Part shown: positions 49,191-63,234 of the stretch, piece after piece
Layout of the letters: every line of letters starts with the position of its first letter
Position numbering within the stretch: the first letter of the stretch is position 1
Origin: Octopus bimaculoides
Lineage: Eukaryota
Length of the DNA: 64,000 nt
NCBI RefSeq assembly: GCF_001194135.2
Contig: NC_068983.1
Span: forward strand, 29,271,254 to 29,335,253
Direction: 5' to 3'
Made by a program: the position numbers and the translations under genes
The notes under the pieces: model-generated
Database searches by the model: none
The model's input: only the letters and a program-made list of their open reading frames with translations
What the model was told of the DNA's origin: nothing

Positions 49191-50699
49191 CTCTTGTCAT
49201 CTCAACAACTTAGGACTGTCCAAAGCATTAAAAACTCCACTCCCGATTATTACTCTACTCTATCTGTTGCTTTTCCCATGTGATAATTCAACAAATTAAT
49301 CACCTGAAATTTGTCGGAATAATAATAATGATATTAAAAAAAAGGAAAATTTATGTTAATTAATACTTGAAAATAATATTTCCTTTGCTGAATGTTTTCT
49401 GTAAAAGTAAAAGTTATAAAAAATAATTTACTTTCTTTTAATAGTAAATTACCATCAAACTGAATTAAAATGCATGTATAGGGAAGAAAGACACAAGAAG
49501 CAGAAGAAGATCATCACAGCACTGAGTGTTCAAAACGATGTTCATATTATCAAAAGTACTTTTTCTTTTTTTCTTTCTTTATTATTTTTTTATAGAAATA
49601 TACCAATTGTTTTGGTTATTTTATTTGAAAATTGTATTTGGAAACGTCCCTTTTGTTTATAATATATATNNNNNNNNNNNNNNNNNNNNNNNNNNNNNNN
49701 NNNNNNNNNNNNNNNNNNNNNNNNNNNNNNNNNNNNNNNNNNNNNNNNNNNNNNNNNNNNNNNNNNNNNNNNNNNNNNNNNNNNNNNNNNNNNNNNNNNN
49801 NNNNNNNNNNNNNNNNNNNNNNNNNNNNNNNNNNNNNNNNNNNNNNNNNNNNNNNNNNNNNNNNNNNNNNNNNNNNNNNNNNNNNNNNNNNNNNNNNNNN
49901 NNNNNNNNNNNNNNNNNNNNNNNNNNNNNNNNNNNNNNNNNNNNNNNNNNNNNNNNNNNNNNNNNNNNNNNNNNNNNNNNNNNNNNNNNNNNNNNNNNNN
50001 NNNNNNNNNNNNNNNNNNNNNNNNNNNNNNNNNNNNNNNNNNNNNNNNNNNNNNNNNNNNNNNNNNNNNNNNNNNNNNNNNNNNNNNNNNNNNNNNNNNN
50101 NNNNNNNNNNNNNNNNNNNNNNNNNNNNNNNNNNNNNNNNNNNNNNNNNNNNNNNNNNNNNNNNNNNNNNNNNNNNNNNNNNNNNNNNNNNNNNNNNNNN
50201 NNNNNNNNNNNNNNNNNNNNNNNNNNNNNNNNNNNNNNNNNNNNNNNNNNNNNNNNNNNNNNNNNNNNNNNNNNNNNNNNNNNNNNNNNNNNNNNNNNNN
50301 NNNNNNNNNNNNNNNNNNNNNNNNNNNNNNNNNNNNNNNNNNNNNNNNNNNNNNNNNNNNNNNNNNNNNNNNNNNNNNNNNNNNNNNNNNNNNNNNNNNN
50401 NNNNNNNNNNNNNNNNNNNNNNNNNNNNNNNNNNNNNNNNNNNNNNNNNNNNNNNNNNNNNNNNNNNNNNNNNNNNNNNNNNNNNNNNNNNNNNNNNNNN
50501 NNNNNNNNNNNNNNNNNNNNNNNNNNNNNNNNNNNNNNNNNNNNNNNNNNNNNNNGTGGTACTTAATTTATCGACCCCTGAAAGGATGAAAGGCAAAGTC
50601 GACCTCAGCGGAATTTGAACCCAGAACACGCAAGGCAGACAGACAAAATGCTGCTAAGCATTTTGCCCGGTGTGCTAACGATTCTGCCAGCTCGCCACT

Positions 50700-50733
<34 letters not shown>

Positions 50734-51557
50734 TAATAATAATAATAATAATCACAACATGTTGTGATGTTATACATTTATTCTTTCATAGCTAATTGCA
50801 GCTCCATCATGTTTTCATGTCCTCAATCAAATCGTTTCAACACTCAAAATATCCCTTTCAGCATGACACCTGCCTCTTCTCTGAAAATCTGAGTTACAAA
50901 GCAAGAATGGAGAGAACTAGAGGCAAAAAACGAAAGATTTCACTTTTTGCAAGCTCCTATGTTCCTTGTTTCCACCCTCCTCCCTACCATTCTAGTCAGT
51001 AATTTACAAACTCTTGCATACATAATATATACATATATATACACACACTTGCATCCGTCCGAACACCTATACATATGCACACATGTAAATTTCATTTTGG
51101 TACTTAGAATTAAAAAAAAAAAAAAAATTGCAACTTATTAAAAATTAAGTTAAAATATTACGATATCTAAAAATAGTAATAAAACAATTATAAATGAAAA
51201 AAAAAATAGGAGGGGGAAGACAACAAAATATAAGACCAAAAATATATACATACATACTAATACATAGCTGTGCATATACATATATATACACATACACACA
51301 CACACACATATATATATATATCTATATCTATATATATATATATATATGGTCACATGCATAAATATGCATACATGTATGTATGTCTGTTCACACACGTATA
51401 TTAACTTATGTATATAGCAAGAAAATGAAAAGAAATGTTCAAACAAAAAGAAAAAAAAATTGCTTCTTTTTGTTGTTTTTTTTTTATAGATGATGTAAAT
51501 GTTTTTTTGTTTTGTGTGTGTTGTTTTTATTATTTTTTTTGAGAGCATGATAGAATG

Positions 51558-52083
51558 CTAGCATACAGGCGTCCTTGTCATCTGTGATTGTATGTGTCCA
51601 TTGGCAATGCCATTTTTGTGGGAAATTCTTGAATTGCCATTTTTATTTGATTCCTCCTCGGGGAGATTAGCACTAAGTGAGCTTGAACTCCGTCTTAGGC
51701 CGCAGCTGACCTCTCCTGAACCCCCTATACCAGACATCGACAATTGTCCTGAAGTCGATGCGAGAGGATCAGCCTCTGACGGAATGACCTGGAGTTCCAA
51801 CGCTTCCGCTGTACTGCTCTGTGACATATCTGAATGTAATTCAGTATATAAATCCTTTGAAGTACTGATATTTTTATACAGTGGTTTGTATTGTTCTTCA
51901 TCTTCACCCCTCATTTTTTTTGCCATTGCCTCTTCTTCCATATGATGTCTGTTTTCTTCACTGTTGTAATATGATACATTTTGGAACTCTGGAAATTGTT
52001 CAGGCTCCAAAGCTTTTATTATGTCTTTGAAAGAAGGTCTTTGCTTGGGTTTGTACTGCCAACACATCAGCATTAATGAATAA
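51558..52083 (-). CDS. InR: Insulin receptor terminal coding exon, YSLMLMCWQYKPKQRPSF...NGIANGHIQSQMTRTPVC*
   Basis: Subdomain XI (CW..P..RPSF) then the C-terminal tail; polypyrimidine plus CAG acceptor at 52084-52086; TAG stop at 51558-51560. Confidence 0.96.
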
Positions 52084-53688
52084 CTGAAAAAAAGAAGAAT
52101 TTTTATGAGATCCTAAAATGATTAATGGAAATAACGTGAAAATATTTCTAAACAAACAGTGAAATTATAATAGTAAGCAACAAGTGATGATATGGTGGTA
52201 TGGTCAAGATGTTTGCTTTGCAAATTGCGCACTACCTGTAGCAAATATTTTCTGCTAGAGTTCTGGACTGACCAAAGTTTTGTGAGCAGATCTGATAGAC
52301 AAAAACTGAAAGAAGAATGTATCTCATCCACATAGTTGTTGGTACAGTTTCTTGGGGTAGTGACTTCTATTATAGCTCCCATATGTATGTGTGTGTATGT
52401 TTGTGTCTCTTTGTCTTGACACCATATTAGTTGTATATGAGTGTCAATGTCATAGAACTAGTAGTATTCATTTCCAATATTCTGTGAAAACATGTCCAGC
52501 CATAGCGTAATATTACTTTTGATTGGAAACAGATATGGGTTGGTGACAGGAAGAGTATCTGGCTGTAGAAAATCTGCCTCAATAAACTTTGCCTGACCCA
52601 TACAAGCATGGCGAAGTGGACATTAAAATGGTAATGATGATGATGATGACGCACATGTATGTGCATGTCTTTTTACATCCAGGCTTCTTTAAATATCTTG
52701 AGCTACAAGCAATGGCTTTGATGTTGTCATTTTCCCTATGAACAACTGTCCCCTGGCTCAGATGGTGTTCACGAAAGACACACAGGTTTGTCATTTTTAC
52801 ACACACACACATTCACTCAAAACAGGCTTTATACAGCTTGCGTAGCAATTCTATTCACAAAGCATTGGTTAACCAGCAGCTATAGAAGACACTTGCCCAA
52901 GATGCCATATAGCAATTGGACTGAATTCAGGAAAGTTAGTTGTTCTACCAAATGCTACCAGATTATTATTATTTTCAAAATTACCTGAAACTCATGGATG
53001 ATTTTATTTCATAAGATATATAGTCACATCAGGGTTAATGTGACTTTAGCTGAGACAAACAAACAAACTTCAAATTAAAAAATAAAATACACCTGAAGGA
53101 GTTATATATATAAAATAATACAACTCTCCTCCTCAGTTGCGGGATCCTTGTCTTGCAAGTTACTTGGTGACCTCACTGGTGCTGGTGCCACATAAAAAAA
53201 AAGACCATTTACTAGAGCTTGGTACAGTCCTCTGGCTTACCAGAGAGATTGGGTAACAAACTTCTTATCCACACAACCACACTTAATATTTCCTCATGCT
53301 GAAGTCATATAACCATGATGGTTGAATGGGTGTGCATAGTCATCACTCATCACTCACTGAAATCCTCAGCATCTAATCCTGTTCTTCCTCTATGATAAGC
53401 ATCTCATTTATTCATTAGTTACCACAAGTGAAAGTTTAGGGAAAAACACAACACACACACATACATCAATGACTTCTTTCTTCTTTTTAAAATTTGATTT
53501 GAAAATGGCTACTTTATGAATTTCCACTAAAATCCAAATCACCACTTTTTTGTCATCTTCAAACTGTGTTTCTGTAATTAATATGAGTAACATTCTGTAA
53601 GATGCCATTGATGAAAACAGCTATTGTTTTCTGGAGAGAAAGTTTATTTGTTTGTGTGTGTATATAAGTGTCACTTATATATACATAT

Positions 53689-53735
<47 letters not shown>

Positions 53736-54233
53736 AAATAGTACATGAGTATATGCATATATACGTACAGGTATGTGCATACCGACATCCACCTGTATGT
53801 ATAGGTGCATATCTGGGTACAGGACATTGCAAACAAAATGTAGACGAGAAAACACACAAGCCGCATAGAGAACATTCTACTTCATCAGCTAGCCCCGTTT
53901 TAACTCCGGTGTTTCAAAGAGCTGGGCAGGACGCATCGTTAAAACGGATCTTCCCATGGACCACAGATTAAATTTGTATACGCAAATTAAATCTTGCCAT
54001 GGAGGAATGTAGTGGCGGACAAAAAACAAGACAGGAAAACAAACAGAAAAGGCTTTACAGCCAGACGAGAAAAATTATGTGTGTATGAACGCTGTGAGGC
54101 ACGAACTTGAAAGGGACGAAGTAGTTCGCGTGTTTGCTCGGCGATAGCCAAGGAAGAAAAGGATTATATATATATATATATATATATGTACATATACATG
54201 TATATATATGTGTGTGTGTGCGTGTGTGTGTGT

Positions 54234-54526
54234 GGAGGCGCAATGGCCCAGTGGTTAGGGCAGCGGACTTGTGGTCGGAGAATCGCGGTTTCGATTCCCA
54301 GACCGGCCGTTGTGAGTGTTTATTGAGCGAAAACAGCTAAGCTCCACGAGGCTTCAGCAAAGGGGTGGTGCGACCCCTGTGGTACTCTTTCGCCCCAACT
54401 TTCTCTCACTCTTTCTTCCTGTTTCTTGAGTAACGCTGCGATGGATTGGTTTCCCATCCAGCGGGGTGAACACATACGCCATAGAAACTGGGAAACCGGG
54501 CCCATGAGCCTGGCTAGGCTTTGAAA
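54234..54526 (+). mobile_element. SINE family D2 (same head as D1, different 3' module)
   Basis: Head identical to D1 until CTCACTCTT, then GAGTAACGCTGCGATGG..GAAACCGGGCCCATGAG; second copy at 37036-37271. Confidence 0.85.
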
Positions 54527-54623
54527 TGATCATAATGATAATACACACACACACACACCATACATGCATAACAAAAAAAAACAAAAAACAAACCACCCCT
54601 TAATTTTTCAAATATATACTTAC

Positions 54624-54758
54624 AGGCGTTTTGGACAGCCTTCTGGTTTTTCCATTATTTTGCCATCTGAAACGAATTTCACCACTTCTGAGTTTGACAA
54701 GCCTTGATATGGCATCGCAGCTAACGTTGCCATTTCCCAAATGACCACTCCATAGGAC
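54624..54758 (-). CDS. InR: Insulin receptor kinase exon (135 nt), [45 protein letters not shown]
   Basis: Kinase subdomain IX-X; TAG acceptor, GTAAGT donor; phases fit both neighbours (TG|G, CT|T). Confidence 0.97.
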
Positions 54759-56851
54759 CTAAAAAGGATATTTCAATAAATTAGCATTAGTTTAGCCACT
54801 ACTAATAAATAAAAACAACTGGACTGTCAACTGAAATACTGATTTAAATGGCATTAGTTTTTCATATATAAGAATAACAAAAAATATATATATAAATAAA
54901 TACACATGCACAGCAAAAGATTAGTTAACACTAAAATAGCCTTTCTCAAAATAAAAAGAATAAAAATCTGGTATACACAATTAAAGCAGTAATAAATTAA
55001 AGGAGCTATTAATGTATCATATTAAATGTATACACACTGTTGACAAGCCAGTTACTATGGTATATGTCCTGAGATAACATCTCTTACTGACATGCTGTGT
55101 TAAAAACACACTGGAAGCAGATGAGAATTCATCCCAAAAGCAGCTAGCAAGAACACCAGATGTAGATGAAGAGAGAAGATAGTTTTTGAGGGATTGAAGT
55201 CTTGAGCAGCATGTCATAAGGATAAATATGCCGAAAAGAATTTCTGAGTTCTTTTTGTGTTTAATTCTATATTTGTAATGCTTATTGTACATGCACAGCA
55301 TATTCCCTAATATAGGAAAATCTTAGAATCGGAGGGTAGTTAGCAAACCCTAAGGGAAAAATTACTTCTTAAACAAGGTTTTGGTTAAGATGAATTTAGC
55401 ACTGCCAAACCTTTCAAAGATATTAGTTATGGTTAATTTAATCTGTTATAAAATTGTAATGAATGAGAAACATTAACACTTTAGCATTTCAACAGGCCAT
55501 ACCTGGCCAAATATTCTACTCCAACCACCCAGATCTGGCCTCTCACAGCTAACCTACAATATCATTCTAAAAATAAATAATCACATTATCAAAATCTCAA
55601 AGCTACAAGACAATGCATGATTAATACAAAACAATGTGAATAAAATACAATTAATTATAATAAAATAGTATTACAAAATAGAATAAATAGAACAAGAGGA
55701 GACATGGGATAAAGAGTCCCTGAAGAGGTCACAGCATGTGTGACAAAAGAGCTTTGACAAAGAAACTAAAATAATAATAATAAAACTGAAGTGGTGACCA
55801 AATATATAGTGCATATTTAATTGGCAATGTACAAGAGGGTGAATGGGATCAGAGGATCAGTTAAGTTTACAAGAGTGTAAGGTGAGCAACAGATGATTAG
55901 AAGCAGGGAATATGGAGTGGAGATTACAGGTGATGCAGTGAATAGCAATAAGTATTACACTTGGTAGAGTAAACTGAATGCTAGAGTTAAAAAAAGGATA
56001 ATAATTTTTATATAGTGGTTCCCTAAGATAAGGAATATATTTCAAGGATTCCCCAAAAGTAGAAATTTTGGTGAACATTGGTTTAGTGTGAAGAAAAGTC
56101 ATTGCACAGTAATTAAAAAAAAAATTAGCATGTTGAATCTAGCTCAGACTTTTAGTTCCTCTAATGATGACCAACTTGTCTGATTTGTACAGGAGATTAA
56201 TTCTTGGAACTTATGAATGCAGCTGTTTAAGACAGCAGGAATTTATTTAAACAGTTGCTGATTGTATTTCTAATGAAATATACTGCCTGTTTCAATTTCT
56301 TTTGAAAATGGTTTCAAATTTTGGCATTTGACCAGCAATTTCTGAGGCGAAGGGGAAGACGATTACATCAAACCCAGTGCTTAACTGGTACTTGTTTTAT
56401 CAACCCAGAATGGATGAAAGGCAAAGTTGACCACAGCAGACTTTGGGTGCGGGATGTAATGACAGACGAAATGCCGCTAACCATTTTGTCCAACATGCTA
56501 ATGATTCTAACAGCTTGTAGCCTTAATTTCTTTTGAAAAATAATCAAGAATTTGAATAGATGTAGTTAAAAACAACAAACTTCTTAATTATTTGGCTGTC
56601 ATTTAGCTCCTTGACTACCCTGAGTGCTGATTGAACAGATCACTGGTCAAAGATATTCCAGTGATGACCATCACGCATTTCCTTCAGGTAATGCATCAAG
56701 GCTATCATCTTTCTATTTTAAGATGGTCGGGTGTAGTTTAAGGGGAACTTGACTGTTTTTTCAGGCAGGTCAAGCAACCATATAAAGATTAGAACTTAAG
56801 AGATTTTTACATTAAATTATGATGGAAGGTTTCAATTTACATCTCATTTAG

Positions 56852-57247
56852 TCTTTACTCTTTCACTTGTTTCAGTCATTTGACTGTGGCCATGCTGGAA
56901 CACCGCCTTTTTAGCTGAGCAAATCAACCCCAGGACTTATTCTTTGGAAGCCTAGTACTTATTCTATCGGTCTCTTTTGCCGAACCGCTAAGTTACGGGA
57001 ACGTAAACACACAACCATCGATTGTCAAGCGATGTTGGGGGGACAAACACAGACACACAAACATATACACACACATACATATATACGACGGGCTTCTTTC
57101 AGTTTCCGTCTACCAAATCCACTCACAAGGCTTTGGTCGGCCCGAGGCTATAGTAGAAAACACTTGCCCAAGGTGCCACGCAGTGGGACTGAACCCGCAA
57201 CCATGTGGTTGGTAAGCAAGCTACTTACCACACAGCCACGCCTGCAC
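56852..57247 (-). mobile_element. SINE family A copy in insulin receptor intron
   Basis: Reverse-complement full-length match. Confidence 0.92.
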
Positions 57248-57551
57248 CTATCTTAAAATCTGAACATTTTAAAGCAAAAAATTTTGTATAACATAATTAG
57301 AGATAGTCTCAGGTAGGCTGGGACCAAAAGGATCATGGAAAGATTTGAAAGTCCAAATTAGTTGCTCAAATAATTATTTCTAACATAGACACAAGGCCAG
57401 AAATTTAAGGGAAGGGAACAATTAACTAAATCAACCCCATTACTTGACAAGTACTTTTAATTTATTGATTCCCCTCACAAAGAGAATGTTGTATTTCCCT
57501 CGGAAGACTTGCAGAGATAACACACGGAACGTCAGACGAATTACATATCTA

Positions 57552-57896
<345 letters not shown>

Positions 57897-60723
57897 TTAG
57901 AATTATATTATTGTCATCACTGTCATCATTTGCCATCTGTATTCCATGCTGACATGGGTTGGACTGTTTAACAAGATCTAACAACTCAGAGGACTGTGTT
58001 GAGCTCCAATATTTGTTTTGACATTGTTTCTGCTGCCAGATGCCTTTCCTATTGCCAACTACTTTACAGAGTGTGCTAGGAGCCTCTTTTGTGTCACTGA
58101 CACTACGAGATCTCCAAGAAAAGAACCCTAGCTTAAGGAGGCGGGGGGCATTGTATTGAGGAAAGTGACTTATATCAGATGTTGAAGAGCATGACTATGA
58201 CAGTGGAATACATGGCTACCCTGGTTAGAAAAGGAGAGGAGATGGTGGTGATGAGATGAAAGGATGTACCGTCAATGTACAAGAAGGTGAATGGGATGAG
58301 AGGATCAGGTAAGTTTACAAGAGTGTAAGGTAAGCAACAGATGATTAGAAGCAGGGAATATGGAGTGGAGATCACAGGTGATGCAGTGAATAGTAAACAG
58401 AAAAGGGGGTCATAGTCAATAGTGAATATCAATGAAGGAGAGGGAGAAGCAGAAAGGAGTGGGTCAGGGATGAAGGGGTGATACATGGTAGTACGAAAAA
58501 GAAAGATGTATACATTTTATGTAAACTATACTTATGCATGCCTTAGTCAACAAAGAACCAAAAATATTTTCTTTCACTTTCCCAATATTTTTCTTATAAT
58601 CCATTTGTTGTACTTGTTTGATCATAATCAAGTGATTTAATATGAGTTCAGATGTTGAAAATTAAAACAAATCATTGTAGAGTCCAGATGGTTAATCCAT
58701 ATTACTCCATAAGGAGGGTCAGTTTCCTGGTTTCTCTGGCATATATATTCCTCCCTGGATGGAACGCCAGTCCATTGCAGGATTAATCATTTTTACCAGC
58801 CGAGTGGACTGGAGATAAAGTGTTTTGCTCAAGAACACAACACATTGCCCAGTTCAGGAACCAAAATCATAATCTTATGATCAGGAGTCCAACGCCCTAA
58901 CCTCTAAGCCATGCACCTCCATGATTGAGTCAAGATAGTTATATAAAACACACACACAAACATATATACTTTTGTTTTATTTTGTGACTTGTGTTGTTAT
59001 ACTCTCAAGTATCAACAAATGTTGGCATATATTTACAACCTGGTCACTGACTTCCACTGCACCCCAAATATGTTCACTGTATAAATAAACATATTATAAA
59101 CATCCAATCAAATATAATATTGTTTTCTTCCCATGGGAGCCTTTCACATGACAATGATGTTTGCTCTTTGCATTTGGTCACATGATATACTTCATCTATC
59201 TCAGGGTGTTTATCATTTTCAGTGGCAGTGTCTCTTTCTACTTTCTTTCTCCCTTTATGTTGCAGCACTTGTTCTTTTCTAACCCCACCCTCTCTCTCTA
59301 GCCAGGCTCCATATCTCTCCTGCTGTTCCATTCACCCATCCTATTTATGCATGAACAAAGAGAAAAACTGGTTATAAGAAGAATTGTTTGTAGAGTGCAA
59401 GAGAGAAGACTGTACTGATATGGACATGTGGGGAACCTATGAACGAGGAAGACCAAGAAGACATAGAAGCAAAGCGAAAAGTGATCTCAGGAAGGTGAAC
59501 CTCTGGGAGGAAATGACAAAGGTCTGTAACAAGTGATGAGACAGTGTGCTAGAGAAAACCCTGTCCAGGTCGTGTCATCACCATCATCATCTCATTTTCA
59601 TTTCATACCTGTTTTCCATGCTGGCATGGGTTGAACTGTAAGCCAGAGGGCTGTACCAAGCTCTAATGACTGATTTGGCATGGTTTGTATGACAGAATGC
59701 CCTTCCTAACACTAACCACTTCACAGAATGTACTGGGCACATTTTACGTGACACTGACGCATAGGTATGGAAAAGCCAATATAATGGTGATGACAATATT
59801 GCTGATGATGATTATGATTTCATCCAATAAATGACTATTAGGATATTTTTAGGTAGTAAATTCAGATAGATTTTTATGATGGTTAAAGCAATAGAAGAGA
59901 ATCTGGGCAATTATTTTTTACCGATTAGAACTGCCGGAAATAAATACTGAAATTAGATGATAGGTACAACATGGCAGATTTGCCCTGTAATTCAGTAATT
60001 CAGTTAAATCTAATTTTGTACAGATGTAAACAGTGATAAATTTATTCAATAAAATTCAGAATGAACATCTTGGAGTGAAGAGGATTCTTTTGTTTTGGAG
60101 GCAACCACAGTGCTGATGTCATGATAAACTGTAAAATTGTTGATGATATGAATGAACAATGTATTTAATCTTGTTGAAGTGTAACAATCTCTCTGGTAGT
60201 GGGTTCCACAAAAAAGGGCATCTAGTACACTCTGTAAAATGGTTGGTGCTATGAAAGTCATCATCATCATTTAACGTCAGTTAGATGGTTTGACCTGGGC
60301 TGGTAAGCTGGAAGACTGCACCAGACTCCAGTCTGATTTGGCATGGTTTTCTACAGCTGGATCCCCTTCCTAACACCAACCACTCTGAGAGTGTTATGGG
60401 TGCTTTCATGTGCCACCAGTTGTAAAATTGTAAAAACCATATCAAATGAAACTTAAGTGAGATGTGGTCCCACAACAAATCTAGAAGGGTAGTAACTCTG
60501 TGAGGGAGGGTAGCAGTTGATACAGACTGTGACAAACACCCAACTCATTAGCAGTATAGAAAACGAACACAAAAATGATGATGATGATAATCATCATCAT
60601 CACCTATACAATATGATAATTTTATGGAAATTAACAAAATACCAGAGTTTAAAAAAGGTTAACTGAATCATTTGAATTCTCAGACAGCATAAATTACATA
60701 TTTAAGTTATCAGCTCATGTTAA

Positions 60724-60754
<31 letters not shown>

Positions 60755-60848
60755 GGATTTTACAGAATTACTTTTAACACAACATCTTAATGTTTCAAAA
60801 ACATAAAAATTGAGAGCCTTTCTTATTCTAATAGCATGAAATAATTAC

Positions 60849-61008
60849 CTCCAATTTTCACAACGGAATCTAGTGATACCATGCAATTTCTGGCAGCTAA
60901 ATCTCGGTGGACATACTTTTTATCAGCCAAGTAAGCCATACCGTCAGCAACTTCTACAGCCATACACAAAGTCTGATGTAGTGTTAGGGGTTTACGACCA
61001 TCGTATTC
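60849..61008 (-). CDS. InR: Insulin receptor kinase catalytic-loop exon (160 nt), [53 protein letters not shown]
   Basis: HRDLAARN motif; AG/GT boundaries; same length as human INSR exon 19 (160 nt, recalled). Confidence 0.97.
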
Positions 61009-61704
61009 CTAGAAATAATTAAAAAAATAAGTTAATAGAATTTCCCACAAATACAATAAAAACTTCTCAACAAAACATATCTTTAAACCAATCAACTGAA
61101 ATTAATTAAGATCCATGGAAATTAGAATACTGCTCGGTTATTTAGAACCTCTCTCTGTCAGGGTTGACCATATTTCTGCACATGCATGCAGATGGCTTGG
61201 GCAAGGTTGTTTTTCTTTTCCTGCCTTTTGTGGAAAACTGGCAGTTGCCCTATATGCAAGTTCCCTCTCTCCACATCACTAATGTTGTCCAAAGAGAAAG
61301 CCACTGCTTTAGGGCTTAGCATCAGTGTCATCATGGGTATAACTGTCAGAAAGCAAAGAGCCAAATGGATAGCTGAAGAAACCCCTCCCATCCAAATATT
61401 CCAACTGTTCTTCTAATCCACTATCATGGAATAATACATTTTCATCAACCCTGAAAGGATAAACGCAAAATTGACCATGGCAGGATCAGAACTTTAGTCT
61501 ACTTGGTGTGTGTAGGGGATCATCATCATCATCATCATCATCATCGTTTAACGTCCGCTTTCCATGCTAGCATGGGTTGGACGATTTGACTGAGGATTGG
61601 TGAAACCGGATGGCAACACCAGGCTGGGCTCAAAAAGGCCATGGCCACTGCCCTTCCTCTTTAGTGTAAGAAAAAGGTGAATAAAACGAAACATTTTTTC
61701 TTAC

Positions 61705-61721
61705 CTCGTCATCGGGCCTAT
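61705..61721 (-). CDS. InR: Insulin receptor exon, visible 3' end only (..RPDDE); remainder in gap 61722-62326
   Basis: AT AGG CCC GAT GAC GAG followed by donor GTAAGA. Ends in phase 0 and joins the next exon EYDGRK; equivalent to the LRSLRPEAE region. Confidence 0.8.
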
Positions 61722-62326
61722 NNNNNNNNNNNNNNNNNNNNNNNNNNNNNNNNNNNNNNNNNNNNNNNNNNNNNNNNNNNNNNNNNNNNNNNNNNNNNNN
61801 NNNNNNNNNNNNNNNNNNNNNNNNNNNNNNNNNNNNNNNNNNNNNNNNNNNNNNNNNNNNNNNNNNNNNNNNNNNNNNNNNNNNNNNNNNNNNNNNNNNN
61901 NNNNNNNNNNNNNNNNNNNNNNNNNNNNNNNNNNNNNNNNNNNNNNNNNNNNNNNNNNNNNNNNNNNNNNNNNNNNNNNNNNNNNNNNNNNNNNNNNNNN
62001 NNNNNNNNNNNNNNNNNNNNNNNNNNNNNNNNNNNNNNNNNNNNNNNNNNNNNNNNNNNNNNNNNNNNNNNNNNNNNNNNNNNNNNNNNNNNNNNNNNNN
62101 NNNNNNNNNNNNNNNNNNNNNNNNNNNNNNNNNNNNNNNNNNNNNNNNNNNNNNNNNNNNNNNNNNNNNNNNNNNNNNNNNNNNNNNNNNNNNNNNNNNN
62201 NNNNNNNNNNNNNNNNNNNNNNNNNNNNNNNNNNNNNNNNNNNNNNNNNNNNNNNNNNNNNNNNNNNNNNNNNNNNNNNNNNNNNNNNNNNNNNNNNNNN
62301 NNNNNNNNNNNNNNNNNNNNNNNNNA
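61722..62326. other. Assembly gap containing most of one insulin receptor exon
   Basis: N run. Other gaps: 3858-4381, 17258-17293, 20008-20147, 23415-23651, 26755-27269, 34460-35450, 49670-50555. Confidence 0.95.
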
Positions 62327-63234
62327 CTTAATTTATCAACTCCGAAAGGATGTAAGGCAAAGTCGACCTCGGCGGAATTTGAACTCAGAACATAAAGACA
62401 GGCAAAATACCACTAAGCATTTCACCCGCTGTGCTAACGTTTCTTATTCCTTTATTTCCCACTAGGGGCTAAACATAGAGGGGACAAACAAGGACAGACA
62501 AAGGGATTAAGTCGATTACATCAACCCCAGTGCATAACTGGTACTTAACTTATCGACCCCGAAAGGATGAAAGGCAAAGTCAACCTCGGAGGAAGTTGAA
62601 CTCAGAATGTAGCAGCAGACGAAATACTGCTAAGCATTTAGCCCGGCATGCTAACGTTTCTGCCAGCTCACCGCCTTAGGAACTGTTTTATCGTTCCTAC
62701 AACTTCTTAGCAATACTTTCGCCTGAACAGTATCTATTAACTAAAATTATGGTCATTCTTGCAAGGAAGGGACACTGTCCATTAAATGAATCCCAGTACA
62801 TTGGCTTCAAAAACTATTGAACATCTCCAAAGCCAATTTTCTTTTGGTAATGTGTACAAAGAGCAGGGACATGGGTGAAGCCTGATGACCTGCGCTAACA
62901 AGAAATTCCATGTTTACAAGGTTGGTTCCAGGTCCCATCCAAACCCTTTTAAAGAAGGTGGTTCAAAAGTTTCCCAATGCCCTCTCAGGCCAGGAGTGTG
63001 TGGTTCCAGACCAATTATCCTGCTGCCCGAAGAAGAGCTTTCTTCACCAAATACTGACCTGGAGATAATGAGACAAATCATTATCATCACTGTTTTACAA
63101 CAATTTGTTTTTTTCCATATTGACATAGACTGGATGGATATGTTCCAGACCAGCACCTTACCATTCGTTGCAGTTCTGCCTCATCTGACCCAAAGAACAA
63201 CCGAGAAAACTACCAATCTTTCTTGTAGTTACGC

